A stretch of 61,657 nt of DNA from Raillietiella orientalis (taxonomy: Eukaryota), in contig JAYWIR010000096.1 in NCBI GenBank assembly GCA_036172245.1, positions 186,001 through 247,657 on the forward strand, read 5' to 3'. A program made the translations under genes and the position numbers. Position 1 is the stretch's first letter. Every line of letters begins with the position of its first letter. Of the stretch, positions 46,383-60,554 are shown one piece after another. The notes below the pieces were generated by a model, which saw nothing but the letters and a program-made list of their open reading frames with translations, was not told the origin of the DNA and did no database searches.

Positions 46383-46729
46383 TTCTCACTTGGTTACGCC
46401 GTAGCGTTTATTTCATATAAATAAAAAAGAAATAAATAGATAAAATGAACCAGTTGGGGAGTAGGCCCCCAGCCGACGACGGCACAAGTATCAAAAGAAT
46501 ATTGGTGGCACGCAGGAAAGAATTACAAAGAAGAGTTTGTGGGAACTGGGATAACAAAACAAAAAAAACAAAATGAAATGAAGTCAACGGGGGACAAAGG
46601 GACAAGGGTCATTGTGATCGCTCTGGTTCTCACCGCTATAATAGTAATGGCACCGGTATTTTAGCAGAGCTTGCTGGGAAGAGGTTTGGGTGGGCTTCAA
46701 GACGTAGTGGTCATTGGATTGTGCTGTTC

Positions 46730-49700
46730 CTAGAAGTCTGTAAACCGGCGCTGGTTGCCGGCGATGTCCTCTTTGACCTCGTCACGAAGATGAGACCACC
46801 TGGCAGCGTTTTTCATGCATTCTGCTGCGAACCGGTGAGCCTCTCACCGCTGCGCTGACAACTCCAGGGCATAGCGGGCCTTCACGATGGCGCGAATGCA
46901 ACAAATGTTTCCGACAATCGCGCCTACCGAGAATCCATTTTTCCTGAAGAAGCGCCGCAGCACATCAATGGCAGTGCCTACCTGCGGCAGGATGGCTGAA
47001 ATCAGCCTTCGCCACAGTTCACGGAGGTCACCGCAGTCCATCAAGAGGTGCGGAAAAGTCTTGATCTCACCGCACCTCAAACAGTTTGGAGGAGCAGCTC
47101 CCCCGGAAACAAAGCTTCGCTGCCGATTACAGTGGAAGCCCCAGTGTAAAAAGAGCAGCACATTTTGTTTCCACATTAAGGGAAACACAGAGCTGTCCAA
47201 ACAAACATGGGGACCACTATCTCCTCAGGGGGTACACTTAAATGTTCACTTCACCGAAGCAGGCCCTTCGCCCGATGAAGAGGAGTGGTAGTTTCCACCA
47301 GCACCTTTGTCGTCCAGCAGCCGAGGAGCTTACTGACTCCCGCTACTGAGCAGGCGAACTCCCGTTTCGCCGGTAGGCAACTGTCGTTGTTTGTCCTCAA
47401 TAAAGACAGCGCCGCGGCGAGCAGTGTGGCGGCCAGACGATCCGACAACTTCTTGACCTGCATGTCTTCGTCCATTGGATGACTGAGAAGTCGCAGGCAC
47501 TGAAGGTCTTCCGGCCGCGTTTCTTCGGAAGCTGCCCACGATGAAAAAGATTCCTGCCGCCATGCATTAATGTTCATACAGCGGCAGAAGATCCAGCATT
47601 GGGCTTCCAGCAGTGAGGACAGCTGCCTCAGCGGGAACCCAAACTCTATTCTGGTGTGCCTAAAATGGGCAGCAACGAAAGCAGTCCTTCGTTTCCCGTG
47701 CAGCGCCTTAGTATCAGTCGTGCGGGAAAGCACCAGGGCGTACACCACAGCTTGACACAGAGCCGCAGCATTCGAAACTGCACCTGCAGCTCGATGCTAT
47801 CGAAGTCTAGGATGCCTAAGCCTGCATCCTGACGCGGCGCCACCAAGTCTTTAAGTTTTACGGGGGATCTTGCAGCGCCCAACAGCGTTTTGCGTAGGAG
47901 GCGCTGCGCTCAGACTTTGACTACCTGGAGGGGTGGACAAACAAAAAACAGGCGGCGGAGAAGGGGGGCAACTAAGGTGTTCCAGATGCTGGCCTGTTCC
48001 GGCAAGACGAACTCGCCTCCTGAGAACGGGCTAAGTGCACGCTCTGCTTCCGAAGGCAGTCCGACTACGCTTCTGAGATGCAGAAATCGTCCAACGGCAC
48101 GAGAAGATACCTTAGGTACCTGCCCATAGGGATCTTCAGGCGGATCCAGTCGGACTGCCCCTCCCACGTCGCACCCACCGGAACAACCATACACTTACTC
48201 CTGTTAACGCTCACGCCCGCACCGCGACGAATCAACTCAAAGAAGTCTTTAAGCGATGTCGCCGGGGTGGACATTGGCTGCCACGGCCGGCGTACCTGGA
48301 CAGGAGCTCGGCAGCGTGGCTAGCGTCAGCTTGCAAGCCTCCAGCACCATTTCAAAATAGGTGCTGAAGGGCAACGGGCTTAAGCTATCGCCCTGCATAA
48401 TTCCTCGCCTAATCGCCACGCAAGCTCAAGAAGAAGCTTTTGGTTCACGCAATCCAAGGCTTTGTGCAAATCGACTGCAACCGCAAAGGCTCCCGGGGTT
48501 TCCCTTTGCAACCTGCGCCTCCGGCGGTAAGAGATCGAAGGCGTTGCTTCCGCACAACGATCCATCGCCACGCGACGCTGCAATTGCAGCCATGTGCGGA
48601 TGAATAAGAGTTTCGCGTCCATGGACCGCCCAGGAACAGCGTAGGTCTGCTCCGGACTTACCAAAGACTCCGCGATCCTCCCCATCCGCTCCACCCAAAG
48701 TTTCGAGAACAACTTAACGTCCGAATTTACTAAGGTGATCGGACGCCAATTGTTCAGTTGGCGAAAATCTCCGCCTTTCGGCAGGAGACGCATCTTCACT
48801 GAGCGATACGAGGCGAGTACATCGCCCGCGTCTCGCATCAGCGACGAGAGTTGAAGCACCTGGGGGATGAGCTGCGCCGCAAAGCCCTGAAAGAATTCTC
48901 CTGGGAGTCGATCCTCTCCTGGCGCTTTTCGTCTCTTCAGCCATGAGATGGCCGTAGAAATTTCCTCTGCCGTGTAAAGCTCATCGAGACGCGCGCATTC
49001 CTCCACGTCTACAACAGATGCATTAATCGGCAAAAGCAGCTCGGAGAGACTGCATTCCGTTGGTACCTCTGCATACAGAGAAGAGTAATAGCGCCTGACT
49101 ATTAGCCGCACATTGGCTGGAGCCGAGCATTCCCGGTCCTGTTCGTCGAGCAGAACTGTCGCTCCAGACTTCCAGACGTGGCTCTCAGCCTTGGCCTTGT
49201 ACTCGGATAATCGACTAAGGTCCGCGCTCCTGAAGTAGGAGCGGGCCTGCAGAAAATCTCTGCTGTTGGCTAAACCCTCACTGAAGCCGCGTGGAAGCTG
49301 GTGCAAGGAAAATCGGCAGCAAAACTCGTGGACCGATCTTTTCAGATCGTCCCAGTCAGCGAGCTCACTTATAGCGAAGCCGCAAAGGTACTGGCGAAGA
49401 TGCTAAGCCGCCTCCGGGTAGCTTAGCAAGTCTGTCGGCATCCTCTAAAAACAGTTTGGAGGCCCCTTGCATGGAAGAGCAACTCGACTCGAGTCTGTTG
49501 TGGTCTGAAAGCACAGACGGCATGGGACCTCTCCGACCCACTCGAGAGAGCAAGTATTCATCGAGGAATACATGGTCCGGTAATGTCGCCATAACAGGGT
49601 CGTTAGCGAACAAGTTGTACGCGTTCACGGACGCGTACATCTCTTTCACTAGAGACTTTTCCATTTTGTGCGCGCTATTCTCGGTCAGCAGGTGGACGTT

Positions 49701-50148
49701 AAAGTCCCCCGCAATGAGATGCGATATAGTAGGGTGAGAACAAGTGAGCCACTGGCTCTGAACGGTACCGAAGAACTCAATCCTTGCGGCCCATCGTCCA
49801 GCACCGCTCGGCGCGCAGACGTTCGTTACGACAAGGTCGATCGAGTCGGACCACTTGAGTACAAGCTTTTCCACTCAGCCTTCCGTGTCTAAGCGAACGG
49901 CGCGCTCCGCTGTCGCAAAAGTTATTCGTACGAGAAAAGCGACGTCGCACCTGTAATGTAGCGTGTCCGTTCGCACGCCGTTCTTTTTCGGCAGTTTGGT
50001 CTTCAGAGATGCTGTGAATCTCCTGGAGGAGCGTCAAGTCGAAGGCGCGCAGAGCGTTAGCTACTAGTCGCCTCTTCTCGTCGTGTTGAAGACCGTTGAC
50101 GTTCCAGCACGCCACGGCAACACGACGAGAAGACGCGATTGCCCTCAT
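46730..50148 (-). pseudogene. BC3 ORF2 APE-RT-CCHC, heavily disrupted, with internal deletions in RT
   Basis: Pieces 49777-50151, 49365-49874, 48380-49306 (DLHKALD), 47251-47748 and 46844-47200. Confidence 0.9.
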
Positions 50149-50866
50149 CACGGCTGGGATAGCGAGGCCGTGGTGCTCGGCTCACCCGGCGAGCGGGCAG
50201 TAAGCAGCACGACGGGCTGGAGGGAGCGGTCGCTACCGGCCTCCACCGTGCTGCGCGTTATCGAGTCCACCACTCAGGGATCAGAAACTGTGGGTTGCGG
50301 TTCGTGCAATTGGCGTTCCGCGGCGAGTGTGTCATGCCTCAGGGCTTCAGCCCTGCGGGCGCTCGCTCCCGCGCAAGTGACACGTCGTTCAGCGTCGTTA
50401 TCGGACTCCGTTACAGAGTTTGATGCTCGCATTATCGACGTACGCTTGAATCCTTCCGAACGCAGCGGAATCGTCTTTTTGGCGGTCGCAGAGACGGACT
50501 TCAACGCGTTGACAGCCCTGGCTTTCTCCAGAGCAGAAGAACCCTCCGCGCGTGTATTCTCGTTCACGCGGCTGTTCTTTGCCTTCAAAGAGCTAACGGA
50601 TGAAGATTGCGAAGCCTTCTTCGGATATCTTTCTTTTCTCCTCTCCACAACCTTTCATTCTCCGTCACCAATTTTGGACGCTTCCGCGACTTTTGTTTCG
50701 GAAACCTCCGGAGTTTTCGTTGCCGCCTCTAGATGCGTCGCTTTCGCCACGACTTTACAGGGAGGCAGCAAAGTCACTTTCTTGGCAGTCGGGAAATCGC
50801 TCTTTTTTTGCCGATTCGGTGACCTGGCTCTGCGGCTCATAGTATTGCGTGCACGACGACCATTAA

Positions 50867-53800
50867 TCAGTTGATTGTGATCGTGTGTGCCCGAAGAGGA
50901 AAAGTATATAGAAGAAAGTAAGTGTGGACTAGATTGCTGCATAGGATCTCCTCATACAGCTACAAAAGAAGCGCCGAGGAGATCCCGGCGGAAGACCTGC
51001 AGTCGTCCCGTGCAGCAAGACCAGCTGCCAGGATGCAGGCAACTGGTGGAGGAGTGGAGAGACCGTCGTCTTCCATAGAAGCCATGGAGGTAACGTGCGG
51101 CAACGGCAAAGCGGTGGCAGGCATGCCGAGGATTGTGCCCGCGGCGATCTTTGCTTTGCCGGCGGCGGCAATGCCAAGTGTAGTGCCCGGGGCGACGACG
51201 GTGGAGGTCGTGCCCGGGGCGACGACGCCAAGGATCGTGCCCGCGGCGGAAAAGGTCGCGCCTGCGGCGGCGATGCCGAGGGTGCCGCCGGCGGCGGCAG
51301 AGGTGGCAACGTCGAAGGCTGCGCCCGCGGCGGCGGCGTTCCAGGCGGGATCCGCGGGCGTCCACGAGGTACAGGGCGTGACGCCATCTTGTTCGGCTGC
51401 GGCGGCGCAGCCCTTTTCCTATGCGTCAGTGGCGGCTGGACAAGCGAGTGTCCACCCGATTAGAAAATTTGGAAAGCCGCTATGTGGAAAAGTTCAAAAG
51501 ATAAATCGGCCGATATCGAGTTAGGGCCGAATTTAAAGCCCATTACTTTCAAGACTGTGCTAATAAAATTCAACAGTATCAGAAAGGTGTATCTGTCCCT
51601 GGATAAAACAGATATCGATTTCGATCGCATAAAGGCGATTATACCAAGTAGCAGCGGTTTCACAGTATTTACAGACTGTGAAAACATCAGAGAGCGACTG
51701 ATCCAGAAGGGGATCAATATTCAAGGAAGGATGGTTTGTGGCATTGGCAGAATGCCATACACGACCGTCTTCTTAAACGGCATTTCCATCTTCACACCGT
51801 AGCTAACGGTGTTGAACTATTTGGAGCATTTTTGGGAGCTCCTGGACCTTGAATTCCAGAACTTCTCTGGAAATATATTTTCTGCCGACATGATCGCCAA
51901 GATGAAGATGAAGGAGGAAGCTGTTCTACCTGTGTTGGCGTTCATTGAGAAACAATCCCAGGGAGTAAACGTGCGCCACCGGCAACAACCGGTATTCTTC
52001 ACCGGGTGCAAGCAGTTCGGCCACAGGGCGAACACTTGCCCAACATGCCGTTGCTTTCGCTTAGGAAAAGTAGGACATCAATTCCGAAACTGCCCGCAAC
52101 CGGAGGTGTGCTCCTTCTGCAAGAAGCACGAACATGCTAAATGGAGCTGTCCGAAATTCGCCAAATTGCAGAAGGATTCGAGAACTCTCTCCCGTGAGAG
52201 AGAAAAACATCAAGGAGGCCAAGCAGCCTGAAAGTTGGCAGCAAGGCCGAAGAAGGTGGAGGAAGCCGTCCAGGATTTGACGGACGGCTTCATTGAGATA
52301 GGAAAGAAAGCAAAGAGGAGGATGCTCGTCAACGAGCAAGAAACCCCTCTCATCCTAGAAGGAGCAGCACAGAAAGACGAAAACATGGAGTTAGCGCAGG
52401 AAGGCGTGAAAGAAGGAAACCAGGAAGCCAAACCAGTGTCGCAGGAAGCCCTGCAGTCCACGGAGGAGCTGGCAACACCAGCGAAGGAAGTTATGGAGGT
52501 GCAAACCGGGCCTCAGCAAGAGAAAATCTTGCAGAAGATCTGCAATGCACAGGAAAAGGTGAACCAGGTTGTAAAGATAACCGACCACGAGACGTTAGAA
52601 GAACAGCTTCTCGACGTGAAGGCGAACTTCTGCGCCAAGGTCAAGATAGAGGCGCTATCTCGAAAATTGATCGCGGGCCGAACACTCTACGAAGGAGGCG
52701 GAAGTAACGGACCTCACCGGAACAGAGAGTGACGCCGGCAGCGAGAAGCCCGCTGCTTCTTCATTGTCTGGAAGAGCACGCTCTCTCAGAGAGAAGAAGC
52801 TCAGGAAAGCCAAGAAATAGGACTTCCCCTTTTATGGTCTCTTCCCTTTCGAACGCCAGGAGGCTGAATATCGCCTCCTGGAATGTAAACGGTGTAGTCG
52901 ACCAAGGAAAAAGAAAAAGGATTGTGCGGATTATCGCACAACAAGACATAGTGTGCCTGCAGGAGACCCACAAGATGGGTCTCGAGATTAGTCAGCAAAT
53001 GGAGCGGCGATTCAACGGGCAGATTTACGTCAGCGGGGGAGAACGGAACACGCAGGGTGTGGCGGTCCTAATCAAGAACCAATTGGCCCCCACTATTCTG
53101 GAAGTGTTCTGTCCTTAACCCGGACGAATCATCGGCGTGCGAATGGCCTGATCCGCCACGGGTCACCTCATCCTGGGGAACGTGTACGGGCCGCACAGGG
53201 TGAAACATCGTTGTGCGGAGGCGCTGCATGCAGCACTCCGTGAAAAGGTCGCCCCTAAGGACGTCGTTATTCTTGCTGACGATCTCAACATATTGGATGA
53301 GATCACTCATTCCCAAGACGCCAGAATAAGGACTGCGTATCGGCATCTATCCGACGAGTTCGAACTGGTGTGCCGAACAGCAAGTCACAAGCCGATCGAT
53401 CACGTACTCCACAGCACCGAACTAGGGAATCGCATTCAGGGTTTTTCAGACACATTGAACACTCTGTCCGATCACCCGTTGGTGCGTTTCTCCTTAAGAA
53501 CGGAGAATGCGCGACGGGGGCAAGGCACCAGGGCGGCGCTCATTAGCATGCCCGCCTGGTTGCAGATACATCCTGGATATCAGGAGGTCCTAAAGACGAT
53601 TCGGAAGACCACAAAAATCAGAAGAGTCGCCGACTGGGACAGCTTGAAACACAGGATACACCGGTTTGCAAATATGACATTCGGGGATAGGCGCTTGAGG
53701 CAGGAGGCGTATCGGGAGCTGAACATCCATGATCGCTCACTCTCAAAGTACTTTGTTCAGTACGAGATTCGGTACGTCTTCAACAACATAAAAGGGAAAG

Positions 53801-56457
53801 TCGGCGTGCTGGAGAAGAGAAATCTGGCAACAGATATCTTCTGCATCCAGTACGACGGGCAAGAGCGACAGTCGTCCGAGGATATCGTGAAAGCCTTTCA
53901 CAGGCATTACACGAAACACTTTAGGCAACAACATCTCTGTCGCTCTATTCAACAGGCCTTTCTGAGCTACCTCGAGAAGAGGACAGACGATCTTCAGCGG
54001 AACATACTGGAGGAGGAATTCTCCGAAGACGAGGTGAAGACTGCTTTTGGACAACTGCGCAAGGATGTGGCGGCGGGACCTGACAGTGTACCCATCACGC
54101 ACTATCAGCGGTACCTGCATGCCTACTTGCGCTTGTTCCACCAGTTGACCCTCTACATCCGTGAAGAAGGCAGACTACCTGAGTCCTTCCACGAGAGTAG
54201 GATGAGATTGTTGCCGAAAGGAGGCGACCCAACCCAGGTCGCTCAATGGAGGCCAAACTCGATCCTGAACTCCGATGCCAAGTGGTTAGCGAAGATCTGG
54301 TCCAACCGCTTAGGCAAGGTCATGTCGAGGCTGATCTCTCCGGTCCAAACGTGTGCAGTCCCTGGACGTCACATTTCGGACAATGTCAAGTGTGCCCAGG
54401 CCATCGTCGCACTCAGCCGATACGTCGGCGAGAACATGGTGCTGGTGTTCACTGACATGGAGAAGGCTTTCGACTCCATCGACCATGGGATGCTGCTGAA
54501 GGTTCTGGAGAAGCTAGGCCTTCCGGAACACTTCAGCAACTTCGTGAGGGTGGTACTCTAGAACCAGTAATGCCGGATCAAAATTAACGGCCAGAAAACG
54601 GCAGCAATCCGGATGAAGCGGGGAGTCCGGCAGGGCGATTCGCTAATTCCGATGCTGTTCGTCATCTACATGGAGGCGTTGTCGTCCTTTATCGAGAAGA
54701 GCGGACGACTGCAAGGCATAACCATCGATGGCCAGCGTCTTACCCATCTGGCATACGCTGATGATCTACTCTTTTTTATCAAGGGAGAGAGAAATCAACG
54801 AGCATTTCTGGATGTGGTAGACCTGATGGATCAAGGCCTGGGTCTAAACATCAACGCCCAGAAAACCAGCTCTTGCCGGTTGGAATCCTCGATTTCTCCG
54901 CTCTAGCGAAGAGATGATTTCGAACGGTGGACACGGCCAAGTACCTGGGTGCCTACATTGGCAACGACTCCTCGTCGAAGCTGTTGTGGACCGAGATCCT
55001 AGGAAAAACGGCCAAGGAAGCAGCCAAGTACACCCGAACGGACCTAGGAATGAAGCGAAAGTCCAACATATGGAATGGAGTACTCCTTCCAAAAGTGCTC
55101 TTCGGGGAGGCCTACGCGAGGATTAACAAGAACACCACGAGGAAGTTCGACAGGCTGCAGGGAAAAATTCTGTGAGGCCCCTATCGCCCAAGAGTTCGAC
55201 TAAAACCCTGTGTCGTCCCCGGGAAGAAGGCGGTTCCGGGATGAAGTCGCTTGCACACTCCATAGAAATCATGGACACGCGAGACATCCTGGACATTGCT
55301 ACTCACTGGGATGACTGTCCGTATGCGGCGCACAGGGCTTATGCGTTGTTGTTGAACAACTCGAAAGGCCTGATGACTGCGCAGCTAGGCCGAGCAGCGA
55401 ATTTATAAAAATCCACTTAACCTGGACGAGGAAGCAACGGCTGGAGCGAGAGCACAAAATCAAGATCGTGCCGAGAAGTAGGGAACTCTGGCAGGACAAG
55501 TCCATACTGGTGATCCCCTGGATGCTGCCTGTCCCGCCGGACACGAGAAGCTGCATCCACCAGCGGTCCGGAGTTACCCTACAACGAATCAAAGAGTTGA
55601 GGCGAGGAGGGTACCTACATCACACTCGTATGCTTAGGTATATAGAGATGATGTCACGAAGGTTTACCCACATGATCCCCGAGGTGTGGCTTAACCACAA
55701 CGATTCCGCGTGGTCCATGGTATTCAAAACAAACCTCCGAAGATTAATTCGGGAAGAAGACCGTGACATCAGTGCCCTCCAGGAAGCCTCCGATTGCTAC
55801 GGAAGTAACCGGATCAAACTGCTAGCGTTCGGCACGATGCTCTGGAGGAGTGACCTTCCGCCGGGCACCCAGGATGACCTCCTGTTGTTTTATCATGGAG
55901 GAATCCAGAGTGGGTCCCGATTGCAGTACTATACCGGAAGACGGGAAGATCGAGACTGCACGGCATGTTGAGACAACGACACGAGACTTCACGTCTTGAC
56001 GTGTCCCACATTGCTGCATGATTGGCTGATCCAGAAAAGGATCATCGGACTCACGAACAGATCCGTAATAGAGATCTTTGCTTGGATGTTTCAGGGGGAT
56101 TGTAATGTTCCCTGTTACAATCCCATGGTGAGGACGACCATTGCCCTCTTCATCACCGCCATACTTGTGCGGTGGTGAAAAATGAGGAAAGCCAGGAGAG
56201 CCGCACCACCGACGGAGATCCTACAAGTGCTTTTGAAGCGGAAAATCGGTATTAGAAACTGTTGGAAAATCCAAGCATAGACGTACCCATTCATCCTGAA
56301 GAGGATAGAAGACGACGCCCAAGACCAAACAGCAGGAAACCCACCATGACTGCAGAACTTGTGAACCCATGGACTTGAGTGTGGTAAAAACTGTGCAAAT
56401 GGTATGAATGAGACTGTAGTGTGAATGTTTTTGTTGAAAAATTTTTTGAAAAGTAAA
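50867..56457 (+). mobile_element. LINE A3, full length, degenerate
   Basis: TCAGTT start; ORF1 from ~51033 to ~52820 in pieces; ORF2 pieces 52729-53118, 53182-54561, 54613-54906 (YADD) and 55468-55971. Confidence 0.93.
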
Positions 56458-57734
56458 TTTATTCCACTTCTTGTGGGACTTGGGGAAACTTGCCGAGTCG
56501 GTAAAGGGGCGGCTGCATGCAGCGTGTTTTTGCGCGGCGCTCCGCGGCTTGCTACAAGTTTCGTAGCCGCCGCAGAGACCCCTACGTTGGATTGAGGATT
56601 TGCCGGTTTGGGAAGGGAAAGCGGGTTGGAACTGGAAGTCTTCGCCCTATGGCGATCTTCTTGCTCACCTACCTTTTCTACCGAGGTTCTTAGTACATTT
56701 CCCGTTTCCTGGATTGGAGTGGTGTTTCCCAGTGCGGCAGCGAGGGCGAACACGTAACCCGTCGAACCCTCGCGCCACTTATTAATGGGCTTCCCCGCCG
56801 CGATTTCTCCATTTTGGGGCGTTGCGGGCGGGGACGCCTTTGGTATTCCCGCGTATTGCTTGGCTCTTTTGCCAAGACACCGCGGACACGGCTTTTTCTT
56901 GAGGGCAGCGGCCTTTCGTGCGTCTGTCTTTTGAACGCGACGAACTACCGCTGCTGCCGTTTTCTTTGCAAGCACCGGGCACTTTTTTATTTCGTGTCCG
57001 GTTTCTTTGTAATAGCGACATTTCGGCGTAGGACATCCCTTTATTCGGTGTCACTTCTTGCCGCACTGCTCGCACACGCGAGTCTGTCCTAGAAACCACA
57101 GATGAACGACCGTGCCGTTCACCTGCAGCTGCTCGGGCACAACACGCCTGTTCGCGACGGTGATCTGCGCGGAGGCTTGTCCAATGTAGACAGAGGGGAA
57201 ATCCTTAAGAGGATTTGGCCTCCTCCACAGAGCGTGCACGGTGGCGATCTTCGCCAGCACACTTACGACATTGCGGTCGGAGATTTTTGGCTCGATGTCG
57301 CACAATTGAAGGACAAACGAGTCGTCCATCACGAAAGGCAGGACGTCCTTGACACCGATAGACAACGGAGTACAAAGAAGACGATGCACCAGTGCCGCGT
57401 TTTTACACCGTATCTTGGTGTATTCCTTCCTGCCCGCAGGCATGATGGCAAGGACCTCCTATTCCCGAACGCCGTTCCGGAGGAGCTCATCGTTGAGCTC
57501 ACGCCCGGTCCTCCCGTTAAGGGGCCCACTGACCTTATAACGGAGGGCGGGCATGTATCCGGATGCCACATAAACCTGCAACTTCGCATCGCAGGTACCT
57601 GCTCCCTGGAAGGTGGCGGCGGCGTAGCTCCTTACCGAAGGCGTGGAAACCGTCGCGGAGGATGCGACCGCTTCCATTCCAATGGAATTGGATTCAACGG
57701 CTGTCTCCTCCACACCATTCCCAGAAGTGGCCAT
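56458..57734 (-). pseudogene. BC3 ORF1 N-terminal part
   Basis: MATSGNGVEE..YKVSGPLNGRTGRELNDELL and LWRRPNPLKDFPSVYIGQ are homologous to BC1 ORF1. Confidence 0.88.
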
Positions 57735-57890
57735 GCTGCACAACGCTGCTTCGTCCTCTTCCAAGAAACGCACAAGTGCGAGCGAAAACGCACGCACAAA
57801 GATGCTCCATCGAGGACGCGGAGAGACGCGAAAACACGTCTGCACTGTGCGAGCGCAAGAGATCGAAACGATCGCGGAGGGGCAGCTGTT

Positions 57891-60460
57891 TATCACCCGG
57901 ATGCGCCGAAGCGTTTATTGTAAACTATTAGGGAACAGGGTCTCTGGACAAAGGGGAACACAAGAGACGAAGGGGGTGGGATCCCTGACACGCAGGTCAG
58001 TATGCCGAAAGTCCGAAACGGGAGTGAACGCACCACAAATACACTACTAGCAAAAAAAAAAAAAGCCAACATATGGAGGGCAGGGGACAAGGGACTTTGG
58101 TAAGTCCGTTTCTTCCTTTCAAAACCGGCGATGGATGCCGCCGAACTCTCTCCTTACGCCCTGTGGTAGATGGGCCCACTCGGCAGCCGACGACATGTTT
58201 GTGCTGGCTAATCCGGTGTGCTGACGAACTATGGCCAGCTTCTCCAACTCTCGGTGGGCCTTGTAGATGGCGCGGGTGCAACACACGGTTGCAACGACAG
58301 AACCCAAAGACAAGCCGCCTGGCGTGAAGAAGCGGCGCATCAAGTTCCTCACGGTGTCTTCCTGGTGCAGGAGAGCTGACGGCAGCCTCCGCCAGAGTCC
58401 TTGGAGGGCAACGCAGTCCAAGAGCAGGTGCGGGAGCGTTTCCACTTCCCCGCACAGCTTACAGTTTGGGGAGGCAACTCCCCCGGAAACAAGGTTTGTG
58501 CGCTGGCTGGAGTGAAATCCCCAACACACCTGCATGATGACGTCCTGCTTCCATGAAAGAGGGAACACCGAAGTGTTCAAACAGGAGTTAGGGACCACAA
58601 GTTCTTCGGAGGGCACACTCGAGTGTTCGCTAGACCGAAGGAGTCCCTTCGAGATGAGGCGAGACGTGGCGGCGTCTGCCAGCTCGCAAGTCCTCCAGCC
58701 GCCAATAGGTCGTGTTGTTCCTGCAATGGTGCAGTCGACCTCCCATCTCGCCGGTTCGCGGCTGTCATCTCTTGCCCTGAATGCTGACAGTGCGTCGGCG
58801 AGCGGCGTGACAGCCAGGCGAGTCCACTCCTCCTGGTTGTTGCACACCTCGTCCACCGTTCAATACGACGACAGGTGAGCGCAACGAAGTTGCATGAGGG
58901 AAACATCCTGGTGCTTTGCCCAGCCATTCAACGGTTCCTGCCGCCAGGCTTGAAAGTTTGTTGGGGGGCAGGACATCTATTCCTGGGCTTCCAGGAGCCG
59001 GTACAGCGGTTTCAAGGAGAAACCGAAGCTTCTCATGGCGCGCTCCGTGTGCGGCCGCAGCGACAGAAGTCCAGCGCTGCCTGTGCAGCGCCGCAGAAGC
59101 AGGCGCGCGGGAGCGCACCACGGAGTGGACCAAAGGTTGGCGCACAGGGCCAACATTCGAAGCTGCACCTGCAGCTCGATTCTCTCCAGAGTCAGGATGC
59201 CTAAACCAGCATCCCGACGCGGAGCCGTCAAGTCTTTGAGGCGCATCCTGGACCTCGCAGGTCCCCACAGAGCGTTCTTCAACTGGCTGTGCCACTGGAG
59301 CTTGGCTGAGAAGGGGGCGGAAAAACAAAAAGCAGGGGGCGCAAGAGGGGGCAACGAAGGTTTTCCATATCGTGGCCCGCTCCGACAGGGCGAACCTGCC
59401 ATGTTGTAACAAGCTCAGGGAATTCAAAGCCTTCCGAAGGCAGTCCGACCACACTTCCACTGGGCTGATGTTCCTCAGCGAAACGCCCAGATATTGCATG
59501 AAGGAAACGGTCGGGATTTCCAGGCGGATCCTGTCGGACTGCCGTTCTAACGCCGCATTAATAGGTACAACCACGCTCTTGCTCCGGTTTACGCTCATGC
59601 CCGCTCCCCGGCGAATCAGGTCGAAGAAATCCTGGAGACTGGACCCCGAGGTGGTCATGGGAAAGTGAATAAGCAGGTCGTCAGCAAAGGCAGCCACGGA
59701 CGGCGTTCCTGGACAAGAGCTCAAATACGCCACGAGGTGCACCGGAAGACCAAGACGTTCCAGCAGCTCCAGCAGGAGATCCTGATTTACGCAATCGAAC
59801 GCCTTGCGGAGATCGACCGCGACCGCCAAGGCACCCGGCGCTTCCTAGGACCGAATGCAGCGACGCCTAGGTTGGGCAGCCGAAGATGCGGTTGCCTGGC
59901 TGTCGTGCACCACGCAACGTTGCAGCTCGAGCCGCGTGCGCGCGAAGAACAGGTTCTCCTCCATGGACCGCCCGGGAAAAGCATAAGACTGCTCCGGACT
60001 TACCACAGATCCAGCGATCCTGCCTAGGCGCGCGACCCACAGCCTGGAGAACTTGACGTCCGCATTCACCAAGGTGATGGGACGCCAGATGCTTAAATGG
60101 CGCATGTCTCCGCCTTTCGGCAAGAGACGTACCCTTGCTGAGCGTGACGAGGCCGGTACATTGCCCGTCTCTCGCATCAGCGCAGAAAGCCTCAGCACCA
60201 GGGGGATGAGTTACGCCGCGAAGCACAGGAAGAACTCCGAAGGCAGACCATCGTCACCTATCGCCTTGCGCTTCTTGAGGCCCGCTATGGCGAAAAACAC
60301 TTCTTCCGCCGTGAAGCGCAAGTCAAGAGTGGCGCGTTTCTTCTCGTCGACCGCAGGGGAATCCTCCAGCAGAAGCAGCTCCGAGAGACTGCGTTATGTC
60401 GGTACCCTAGCATACAACGAGGAGTAGGAGCGCCTTAAGAGGAGGCGAACGGCGGACGCA
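57891..60460 (-). mobile_element. LINE F3, 5'-truncated, degenerate RT-CCHC plus 3' end
   Basis: WRPITLVNADVK, DLRKAFD, AFADDLL, CKLCGEVETLPHLLLDC; the segment with the QGD motif is deleted near 59720; terminal motif at 57891-57919. Confidence 0.9.
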
Positions 60461-60554
60461 GAAAAACGTTTTTTTTTCCCACAAAAAACATCTTTTTAAA
60501 CACTTTATTATCTAATTTTTGTAAAAAATTAGAATAATAAATGCCCCGGCACAT

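Larger units (their letters stand above)
46383..57854 (-). mobile_element. LINE BC3, full length, carrying antisense A3 (composite ~11.5 kb), diverged subfamily
   Basis: 5' gctcgcacagtgcagacgtg; ORF1 57734-56458 plus 50866-50148; ORF2 from 50148 to ~46730; degenerate 3' hairpin at 46383-46412. Confidence 0.92.

Noticed and set aside
2355..57854. Simple segmental duplication explaining the three BC::A blocks
   Set aside because: Close similarity stops at the element termini and the flanking hosts differ (H, D, G).
86..60554. Recurrent AATAAA-hairpin motif as a CRISPR repeat, attC site or DNA-transposon terminal inverted repeat
   Set aside because: The copies are irregularly spaced and lie at LINE 3' ends; there are no cas, integrase or transposase genes.
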